From NCBI GenBank assembly GCA_013359225.1, contig JABWCG010000001.1, positions 432,916-496,915 of the forward strand: a stretch of 64,000 bases of DNA, in the 5' to 3' direction. The position numbers and the translations under genes are program-made. Each line of letters starts with the position of its first letter. Position 1 is the stretch's first letter. Shown here one piece after another: positions 57,416 to 64,000 of the stretch. The notes under the pieces were generated by a model. That model was not told the DNA's origin. It saw nothing but the letters and a program-made list of their open reading frames with translations, and did not search any database. Source of the DNA: Candidatus Buchananbacteria bacterium. GTDB lineage: Bacteria > Patescibacteriota > Patescibacteriia > Buchananbacterales > UBA6539.

Positions 57416-57795
57416 TATTTCTTTGGTAAAAGTTTGTTTAATTTATCAACCACGTCATCAAGACTTAAATCACTTTTTACAATGTAATCCAACACCCCCA
57501 ATTTACGACCCTGCTGCATATCTTCGGGTTGGCCCAAGTTGGACAAAATTACCACCGGGATTTTGTTGGTTATCTCCTGATTTTTTAATGATTCTAACAC
57601 CTCAAAACCGTCTATATCCGGCAACATAATATCCAATAAGATTAAGTCAGGATTTTCTGAAGCTGCCTTAGTTAACCCTTCTTTGCCGCTACTGGCAATT
57701 GAAATTTGATAGTTGCTTGCTTCAAGCATTTTGGAGAGCATTTTCCCCAAAAATTTATCATCTTCAACGATAAGAACTTTTTTTCCGGTAGCCAT
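57415..57795 (-). CDS. CheY-like single-domain response regulator; start at MATGKKVLIVEDD
   Basis: The receiver domain has the conserved DD...D...K pattern (phospho-acceptor within ILLDIMLPDIDG). Its stop overlaps the pilB start. Confidence 0.8.
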   Translation of the reverse strand: MATGKKVLIVEDDKFLGKMLSKMLEASNYQISIASSGKEGLTKAASENPDLILLDIMLPDIDGFEVLESLKNQEITNKIPVVILSNLGQPEDMQQGRKLGVLDYIVKSDLSLDDVVDKLNKLLPKK

Positions 57796-57858
57796 GAATA
57801 CAAAATAATTATTAATAACTATATTATACCACATTTCTTAGTCCATTACTATCAGATA

Positions 57859-57887
57859 TTGACAAAAAAAGCTATTTATGATATAAA
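57859..57887 (+). promoter_or_regulatory. AT-rich host-type promoter (TTGACA, 17-nt spacer, TATAAA) driving the high-GC gene 57983-59140
   Basis: The hexamers lie about 95 nt upstream of the ATG. The Shine-Dalgarno AAGGAG precedes the start. Confidence 0.45.
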
Positions 57888-57982
57888 ACAATGATACCGT
57901 CTGAAACAGGAGTAAGGCGGTATTATTGCGGAATTGGTCCGCAAAGGTCCACAACTCACAATAAAGAAGGAGAGCAGGACAC

Positions 57983-59140
57983 ATGTTTGGAAAACGCGGT
58001 TTTTTCGGATTCGGACGTCAGGACGATAATTCGGGTGCCGGCAACAACGTTGAACCTTGCGCCATATGCGGCGTGGTCCACGAAAACCCGGTGACGGCGA
58101 ATGAGATGAAAGGCATGGGCATGCTTCCGGGCCTGCTGGGCGCACTGCTGAGCGGCGGGCTTGGCGGTGGCATCCCCGGAGTCGATGTCGAAACCACCAC
58201 GGTGATGATCAACCCCAAAACCGGCGAAGTCAAGACCCTGACGCGCGGCTCGCGCCTGGAAGAAGTCGACCTTTCGGCGTTCGATCCGGACGTGATCCGG
58301 CAACTCGAAGAGGTGGCCAATTTCGACCGCCTCGTCGACGAGAAGTCCAGCAAGGCATCCGAGCTACGGCGCGAAGTCTCCCTGTTGGAGCGTAACCTCC
58401 GTCGCGCCGAAACCCGCCTCAAGCATTCGCTCTGGGGCCAGGTCGACGGACGCTACTATGGCGACGACCAGCTCGAGATCGGGCGTGAAGGCGAAGAAAC
58501 GGTTCGCATCAGCCGCCGCGGCGACCACATCTGCATCGTGGAGGGCGAACTGGGTCAGCAACTGATGTCCCAGCAAGACGCCATCGAACAGATGAGTGGC
58601 ACCATCCGCGACAAGAACCGCGAAGCCGAAACCCTGGAGCGCGAGGCCAAGCACCAACCGGAGCTGGCGAGGGTGATGCATGAAGAGGCCACAGAGGCGC
58701 TGTTCAACTACCTGCGCCAGACCGGCAACCGCGAGCTGATGCGTCAGCTCATGACCGACCGCGCGTTCCTCCACGTCGACGAAACCGGCAAGCTCGGCAT
58801 CTCTGCGATGGTCGACATCAACGAGCAGACCGACGGCGTGCCCGAGGAAATCCGCGACATGATGGCCGTGATGCAGAAGCATCACCCCAGCGGTCGCGCG
58901 CTACCCCCCGCCGTGGCCAAGCTTCTCGGCCTGAATACTCCCGAACTGCCGCCGGTGTCGGATGAACTGCCGGTCGGACCCATCACCTCTCCCGACGCCA
59001 TCAGCGACGAAGGCGCGGCCGCCGAAAACAACGGCAAAGACGTGGTTCCTCCCGGAACCTTCATGGCCGACGAACCCGTCCTGGTCGCGGCCAACGAACC
59101 GCCCCTGGGCGACCCCGACGGCGGCAAACTCGGCGACTAG
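57983..59140 (+). CDS. Hypothetical protein (385 aa) of strongly foreign composition (about 62% GC): Gly-rich N-terminus with a CAICG motif, central charged coiled-coil-like region, Pro/Asp-rich acidic tail
   Basis: A single long ORF with GC3-rich codons (GGC, CTG, GAC, CGC). All overlapping opposite-strand ORFs are stop-poor artefacts of the high GC. A native promoter, a Shine-Dalgarno and a downstream terminator flank it. Confidence 0.6.
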   Translation: MFGKRGFFGFGRQDDNSGAGNNVEPCAICGVVHENPVTANEMKGMGMLPGLLGALLSGGLGGGIPGVDVETTTVMINPKTGEVKTLTRGSRLEEVDLSAFDPDVIRQLEEVANFDRLVDEKSSKASELRREVSLLERNLRRAETRLKHSLWGQVDGRYYGDDQLEIGREGEETVRISRRGDHICIVEGELGQQLMSQQDAIEQMSGTIRDKNREAETLEREAKHQPELARVMHEEATEALFNYLRQTGNRELMRQLMTDRAFLHVDETGKLGISAMVDINEQTDGVPEEIRDMMAVMQKHHPSGRALPPAVAKLLGLNTPELPPVSDELPVGPITSPDAISDEGAAAENNGKDVVPPGTFMADEPVLVAANEPPLGDPDGGKLGD

Positions 59141-59175
59141 TCTAACAGTCGCCTCCATCGTACCTTAACCCCCAC

Positions 59176-59222
59176 GCACCAAGTCATTTCCTCTCTGGAA
59201 AAGACCTGGTGCTCTTTTTTTT
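59176..59222 (+). terminator. Rho-independent terminator after the high-GC gene
   Basis: Stem GCACCAAGTC / GACCTGGTGC (one mismatch) with a 17-nt loop, followed by T9. Confidence 0.5.
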
Positions 59223-59271
59223 GACTCAAAATTTTTACTGTGATATTTTTTAGGGTAAGGAGGATTTTGCC

Positions 59272-59454
59272 ATGTATGACGCCAAACTCAACGCACCACG
59301 AAAACTAGCGCCGGCTACAACTGCGATCTTTGAACCAAACCGTCACCTCAACCGCTGGCCCCAAGGCCAAACGACCACAACCGACAGAATTCTACGGGTT
59401 TTTGCCATCATTGCGAAAAAACCCCTCAACGGCTGCTGCGGTTGTGGAAACTAA
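59272..59454 (+). CDS. Small protein (60 aa) with a strong Shine-Dalgarno and a C-terminal GCCGCG motif
   Basis: The Shine-Dalgarno AAGGAGG lies 8 nt before the ATG. The translation is MYDAKLNAPRKLAPATTAIFEPNRHLNRWPQGQTTTTDRILRVFAIIAKKPLNGCCGCGN. GC is moderately elevated. Confidence 0.35.
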   Translation: MYDAKLNAPRKLAPATTAIFEPNRHLNRWPQGQTTTTDRILRVFAIIAKKPLNGCCGCGN

Positions 59455-59495
59455 AAAGCCCTGGAATTTCACAGAGCTTTTTTTATTTAAAAAAA

Positions 59496-60407
59496 TTATT
59501 GTTGGGGTTGAGGTAACAACGACACTCGATAAATTGCAAACAGCAACACTGCCGCGCCAACCAGCTGAGTAACACTCAGCAATCTACCCCGCAAAATAAA
59601 TTCCAAAATAATCGCCGAAAGCGGGAATGCCAGTTCACAGATGGTTGAAACTGACGCTGTTACCCGCTTAAGACCATAGTAGTATAAAAACATCGCTAGT
59701 CCGCCGGAACTAAATACAATAATAAAAAACGTTAGCCACTGTTGCGGCGCAATGGCTGGCAATTTAAAAATATCTTTTGTTGCTAAAGAAATCAGTAGCA
59801 TAATCACCGTTGTCAAACCAAAGCGTAAATACGTCCCGGTCCGAAAATTCACCTGTGCCAAAGCTCGCTTGCCAAATACTGTAGACGATCCCCAGGCAAA
59901 CGCCGCACCAAGAGCAAACAGTGCTGCAACCAAAGTTTTATCGCCGGTATTAAAATTCGGCACCAGACCGTCAAACGTTATGAAATATGTGGCCACAATT
60001 GCCAGGCTCGCCCAACTAAAAAATTTCTTTGGCAGCTTTTCTTTTAAAACAATAGCGGCCAGCAACAAGGCAAACACCGGTTGTAACTTTTGAATTAAAA
60101 CCACAACCGACAAATTGACAAAATTAACATAAAATAGCGCTTTCGTGATGCACATTGTTCCGATTACTCCACCAAAAAGCGCCACCCAGGCAAACGCTCC
60201 CCAGTCACTGCGTCGTAACTTTTTTACTTCAGCAAACTCCTTGATAAAAAACGGCAGCATAAACATAAACGCCAGCGCGTGCTCAACCAACACCACTAAA
60301 GGCACGGGTAAAGTGTATAGCGCCGGACGCAACACCACGCCGTCTAACGCCCAAAAAAATGCAGCAACAATAATAAACAGGGGTCCGTAATTAATAAATT
60401 GTTTCAT
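59496..60407 (-). CDS. EamA/DMT-family transporter (10 TM helices)
   Basis: 303 aa with two EamA repeats. Confidence 0.8.
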   Translation of the reverse strand: MKQFINYGPLFIIVAAFFWALDGVVLRPALYTLPVPLVVLVEHALAFMFMLPFFIKEFAEVKKLRRSDWGAFAWVALFGGVIGTMCITKALFYVNFVNLSVVVLIQKLQPVFALLLAAIVLKEKLPKKFFSWASLAIVATYFITFDGLVPNFNTGDKTLVAALFALGAAFAWGSSTVFGKRALAQVNFRTGTYLRFGLTTVIMLLISLATKDIFKLPAIAPQQWLTFFIIVFSSGGLAMFLYYYGLKRVTASVSTICELAFPLSAIILEFILRGRLLSVTQLVGAAVLLFAIYRVSLLPQPQQ

Positions 60408-60415
60408 AAATTTAT

Positions 60416-60787
60416 TTATAGGCCAAAAAATTTCTTGGCCGCCGTTACATCTTTTTTAATCTGTCGCTTTAAAGCGGCAACAGTTGGATATTTTTCAATA
60501 TCGCGAAATTTAAAAATAAGCTTTTTTTGAACCCGCGTGCCGTACAGATCATCACGCAAAGTCAGTAAATATGTCTCGCAAGTTTTGTTTCGCAGACTAA
60601 ACGTTTTCACCGGGCCCAGGTGAGTTACTCCGGGATACACCTTACCATCAATATTAACTAAAGAAAAATAAATTCCCCATTGGTCTTTTTTCAAACCCCT
60701 GGGGACAGATACATTGATTGTTGGAAAACCGATCCTCTTGCCTCGGCGCTGTCCGGTTTTTACTTCTCCTGTAATCGTCAAAAACAT
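60416..60787 (-). CDS. Riboflavin kinase (stand-alone flavokinase domain)
   Basis: 123 aa. The motif GEVKTGQRRGKRIGFPTINV resembles the RibF C-terminal domain (GxGRG..LGFPTAN), followed by the glycine-rich flap. Confidence 0.7.
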   Translation of the reverse strand: MFLTITGEVKTGQRRGKRIGFPTINVSVPRGLKKDQWGIYFSLVNIDGKVYPGVTHLGPVKTFSLRNKTCETYLLTLRDDLYGTRVQKKLIFKFRDIEKYPTVAALKRQIKKDVTAAKKFFGL

Positions 60788-61545
60788 TACTTAATTGTCG
60801 TAATTATTCCCAAACTGACCACAAGCATTTCAAACACTGCTGCTAACACTGACATTAAAAAGAAAGATAAAAAGGCAACTGCCAAAAACTCATTAGCGAA
60901 ACCACCAACTAGACCGATCGCTGATGAAAACAAAATAATTAATGCCAAAATTGGTAGCACGGATATCAAAACTACTAATGAACCATTAACCACTTTTTTA
61001 TCCTTAAAATGGCCGCTGAGTAGCTGGCCAAACCGAAACCAAACCAGGGCACTGCTGGCGGCAAAAATAAATAACGACAATAACGGCACAAATGCCACCG
61101 CTAAACCCTGCCAATCAAAAATTTTTATTAAAAGCGAAACTCCAAAAAATCCAAACAAAAAAATCAGAATCAGCGCTAAATTAAAGCCGAATAAAATCAA
61201 ACCATTTTTCAATATTTCCTCAAGAGCCTTAACCTGTCTTTTCTTTTTAAAAATATTGATTGAAAACATAATTTTTTTGATTATTTCTAAATTGCTTAAA
61301 AAATTCCCAATCCGTACAACCCGAAGGTGGATTTTTGGCGTTACTCGGCCGTAGCCCTTCTTTACTAACAACGAATAAATGCCGGCCGCCAATCCAAAAA
61401 TAAATAATCCCGGCAAAAACGGCAGAAACACTCCCATAATCCCAACAATCATCACTAAAAAAATCAAAATCAACAATACCGCTTCGACCATCAACGCGAT
61501 AATCAAAGAAAAATGTCCCGACATTTTGTTGGCAATTTTTCTCAT
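60787..61545 (-). CDS. Hypothetical polytopic membrane protein (252 aa)
   Basis: 6-7 predicted TM helices. Its stop overlaps the riboflavin kinase start. Confidence 0.55.
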   Translation of the reverse strand: MRKIANKMSGHFSLIIALMVEAVLLILIFLVMIVGIMGVFLPFLPGLFIFGLAAGIYSLLVKKGYGRVTPKIHLRVVRIGNFLSNLEIIKKIMFSINIFKKKRQVKALEEILKNGLILFGFNLALILIFLFGFFGVSLLIKIFDWQGLAVAFVPLLSLFIFAASSALVWFRFGQLLSGHFKDKKVVNGSLVVLISVLPILALIILFSSAIGLVGGFANEFLAVAFLSFFLMSVLAAVFEMLVVSLGIITTIK

Positions 61546-61628
61546 TTAAAAAACAAAATAAAAAAATCAAGCAAATCTATTATACCATTTTATGGCAAAA
61601 AAAGATAGATTTTATAAACAGGAGAAAA

Positions 61629-62948
61629 TTAATCCAAAACGTAGGTTTCCGGAATCGGCTTGATAAAGTTTTGGGCCAAAGTATATGTATAAGCCCCCTG
61701 ATTAGGAATCATGATAATATCACCCTCTTTAATTGCCTTGGCATAACAGTAATATCCGAACAGATCATACGGAGTGCACAATGAGCCGTACAAATGACAC
61801 GACAACTCTTTGGTGTCCGGTCGGGTTAAATTAACAACCGGATAATAAAAATATTCAAATAATTCATATCCAACCATATTCACACCGCCGTCTAAAATTA
61901 CTAGGTCTGAGCGTTTGACATCCATAACTTTCAAAATCAAATGCATTGATTTAGTGGAGATCGCCCGGCCGGGCTCGCAATAGTATTTTGGTTTAATAAT
62001 AGGGTCTAGGTGCAACTTGATTGATTTGGCGATTGCCTGCGCATAACCGGCCAGCGGCACCGTTTCAGTCAAATAGTATTTGTCTTTAAAATCAGCCTGC
62101 CGGCCAAAATGTTCAGCGGCCGCCTTAATCACTTCCCCCTGCGACGTGGTCCAGGGAAAATACCCCTCAAGCTGGTAGGTTTCAAACCCGCCGCCAAAAT
62201 CGATAAATTTTATTTGTGACCGATCTTCTTCACTAAGCAGTTTCAAATATTTAGCTATTTCTTTAATCAGGTTCTGATACGGCTCAACTCCCTTATTCCA
62301 ACTCATATGACACTGAATGCCCTGCAGCTGGATTTCCGGATATTTTTTAGCTTCATTTAAAAACCGCTTTAGGTCGGTCAAAGGGATGCCAAACTTATTC
62401 CAGGTATTATGATATTTGGTGGCAATCCTAACCCCTGCTCGGATAGTCGTTTTTTCCTGGCGCAAACGCACTCCTAGCCGCCGTAATTCTGTAAAACTGT
62501 CCAGATTAATAATCAGCTTCTTTCGGTATTTAATCGCTAAATTAAGCTCACGATCAGTTTTTGCCGGACCGGTAAAAATAATTTTTTTAGCGCCATATTT
62601 GATGGCTAGCTCAAGTTCGCGGCCACTAGAAACGTCCAAGCCCAAAGCCTGTCTAACAACCTCTTTGAGTAAAAATGGATGGGGATTTGATTTAACCGCG
62701 TAAAAAATTTCTAGGCGCGGAATTTGTTTAGTGAAAACCGACTTAAACTTTTTAATATCGGCTCGAACCGACTGACGGTCAAAAAGATAAAAAGGGGTTT
62801 CGTGTTTTTTAGCCAGTTTCAAAATCGCTTGCCGCTTTTTAAGGCTGGTTTTTACCACCGGCGCCAAACTGCCGCGCTTTAATTTTAAGTGTTGATCCAA
62901 ATACTTAGATACTACTTTTTTACTTACAGCATGATTTTTGGTGAGCAT
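61629..62948 (-). CDS. PLP-dependent decarboxylase of the Orn/DAP/Arg decarboxylase family (fold type III); diaminopimelate or carboxynorspermidine decarboxylase-like
   Basis: 439 aa. The PLP-lysine motif FYAVKSNPHP is present. The glycine-rich GGGFE is present. The C-terminal CHLYGSLCTPYD motif is present. Confidence 0.8.
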   Translation of the reverse strand: MLTKNHAVSKKVVSKYLDQHLKLKRGSLAPVVKTSLKKRQAILKLAKKHETPFYLFDRQSVRADIKKFKSVFTKQIPRLEIFYAVKSNPHPFLLKEVVRQALGLDVSSGRELELAIKYGAKKIIFTGPAKTDRELNLAIKYRKKLIINLDSFTELRRLGVRLRQEKTTIRAGVRIATKYHNTWNKFGIPLTDLKRFLNEAKKYPEIQLQGIQCHMSWNKGVEPYQNLIKEIAKYLKLLSEEDRSQIKFIDFGGGFETYQLEGYFPWTTSQGEVIKAAAEHFGRQADFKDKYYLTETVPLAGYAQAIAKSIKLHLDPIIKPKYYCEPGRAISTKSMHLILKVMDVKRSDLVILDGGVNMVGYELFEYFYYPVVNLTRPDTKELSCHLYGSLCTPYDLFGYYCYAKAIKEGDIIMIPNQGAYTYTLAQNFIKPIPETYVLD

Positions 62949-62952
62949 ATAT

Positions 62953-64000
62953 TTAGTAGGTGAAATGTTGTAATATCATCTTACCATATTTATTAAGTTG
63001 CCCATGATGATCGTATAATCGAAAATTGGAAATTACGGTACCCAGCACCACACCTTTAGCTAACACCTCTCCTGGTTGAGTATCAGAATAAAAGATAAAA
63101 TATCTGCCGCCACGGCTAATTTTTGTGATATCTGGCGTCACAAACCTTATTTTCTTGCCGTCGATTACATACACACCGCCCGGATACTGCTGACGAATTA
63201 AAAATTTGTCTTGGGGGCTTTGGATATACACGGTTGCACCATAAAAATTTGATTGGCGAGGAAACGCCGCAAACGTCGATCTTGCCGCCGGCTTGCGCGA
63301 GGCCGATAACATTGCCTCAAGGTACAACCGACCCGTATTGATTTGGGAAATAGTTTCCGGGAACAACACCAACTGACAGCTTGAGGCGGCGAGTCTTGGA
63401 TTAGCTTCTAAAATCTTAACGCCTAAACGAGTGGCGATAAAATCAATATTAGCATATCCGACAAAGCCGAGGCGGCGCAAACATTCCCCTAAATGATAAA
63501 ATACCGAATTAATCTCTGATGTTAATTTTGAATTGATTTCTTTAGCGCCAACCCACTGAATCCCCAAAAAATCTTTTTGCTGGTAGCGGTTTTTTTTACC
63601 GTACTGCTGACGGCGCAATGCCGATAATGCTGTCAAAGACGGACTGACAAAAATAGTAATGCCATACGATTGGCCCGGCACAAACATTCGTGCTAAATAT
63701 CGCCGACTCCCGATAATCCGCCCGGCTGAAATTAATTTTTTTATTTCAGCGGCAGTTGAAACAAAATACGTCCCTTCACCGCCCCGAGATGAAGGTTCCT
63801 GCAAAACAACTCTACCTTTTAGTTTCAAAGCGGTTTTGCCAGGACGGATAATTTGGCTTAGCGGCGCTGGTAAATTATTTTTGGCTAAAAAATTATCAAA
63901 CCAAATTTTATCTTCCAACTGCTTGGCTAATCTGAAATCAGGGGCAATCAGCGTAATGCCGTTGTCTTGAGCCCAGCGGTAAAATGACGGCTCAATGCCA
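62953..64000 (-). CDS. ATP-grasp-like protein, 5' end beyond the window (the frame stays open upstream of the TTG at 63918, which the ORF track used as its start)
   Basis: Fragments resembling the ATP-grasp B and C domains (ILEANPRL, GYANIDF). The upstream in-frame translation ...GIEPSFYRWAQDNGITLIAPDFRLAKQ continues to the window edge. Confidence 0.55.
   Translation of the reverse strand, partial: GIEPSFYRWAQDNGITLIAPDFRLAKQLEDKIWFDNFLAKNNLPAPLSQIIRPGKTALKLKGRVVLQEPSSRGGEGTYFVSTAAEIKKLISAGRIIGSRRYLARMFVPGQSYGITIFVSPSLTALSALRRQQYGKKNRYQQKDFLGIQWVGAKEINSKLTSEINSVFYHLGECLRRLGFVGYANIDFIATRLGVKILEANPRLAASSCQLVLFPETISQINTGRLYLEAMLSASRKPAARSTFAAFPRQSNFYGATVYIQSPQDKFLIRQQYPGGVYVIDGKKIRFVTPDITKISRGGRYFIFYSDTQPGEVLAKGVVLGTVISNFRLYDHHGQLNKYGKMILQHFTY

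Noticed and set aside
57876-59168. Seven overlapping ORFs of 60-173 aa on the minus strand and in other plus frames (57876-58145, 57956-58303, 58018-58422, 58364-58885, 58882-59127, 58901-59158, 58962-59168)
   Set aside because: All lie inside the 62%-GC gene. High GC suppresses stop codons in every frame. Only the 385-aa plus-strand frame has a promoter, a Shine-Dalgarno and a terminator. The others have Arg/Ala/Gly-rich low-complexity translations typical of antisense high-GC artefacts.
63659-63970. 103-aa plus-strand ORF at the window end
   Set aside because: Antisense to the ATP-grasp gene, whose frame is open through the window edge. No start signals.

Overview
This 64-kb window comes from a low-GC (about 40%) bacterial chromosome with tightly packed, mostly overlapping genes and many Shine-Dalgarno sites and rho-independent terminators. 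The gene set is consistent with a small-genome, pilus-rich bacterium, possibly Patescibacteria/CPR; that placement is inference from composition and content only.

Core content in order along the window:
- gyrB
- secE-nusG-rplK-rplA
- a phage-like dTTP-synthesis module: dCMP deaminase, a T4 gp1-like dNMP kinase, dut, a 781-aa membrane protein, thyA, folA, tmk
- gatB, then miaA-thrS-GNAT on the minus strand
- dnaE, pheT-pheS, a DciA-like protein, and a UvrD-type helicase fused to a Cys-containing PD-(D/E)xK nuclease
- a metG-cvpA-tatD operon, rsmI, an M23 peptidase, uvrC, uvrA, uvrB, trxB and a DJ-1 protein
- a large type IV pilus locus: tandem major-pilin copies, a PilM-PilN-SH3b fusion, three pseudopilins, a 1164-aa pilin-headed beta-propeller/BNR protein, pilC, pilB and a CheY-like regulator
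- an EamA transporter, riboflavin kinase, a PLP decarboxylase and an ATP-grasp protein

No rRNA, tRNA or CRISPR array was found.

The most unusual signals:
1. Several short high-GC (about 50-63%) gene islands sit at operon boundaries, each with a host-like AT-rich TTGACA/TATAAT promoter and its own terminator. They include a 385-aa protein with a 60-aa peptide, a pyrE-pyrF operon with a Cys-rich microprotein, and three small or membrane proteins punctuating uvrC-uvrA-uvrB. This pattern suggests repeated gene capture from a high-GC donor.
2. A 39-aa microprotein made of two tandem SEC-C metal-binding motifs follows tatD.
3. Two tandem pilin genes share a perfectly identical 99-bp 5' body segment. 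The leader-containing copy is frameshifted exactly at the repeat boundary, which suggests cassette recombination.
4. A giant pilin-like protein contains near-identical internal DNA repeats.

All coordinates derived by hand carry a possible +/-1-2 nt error.
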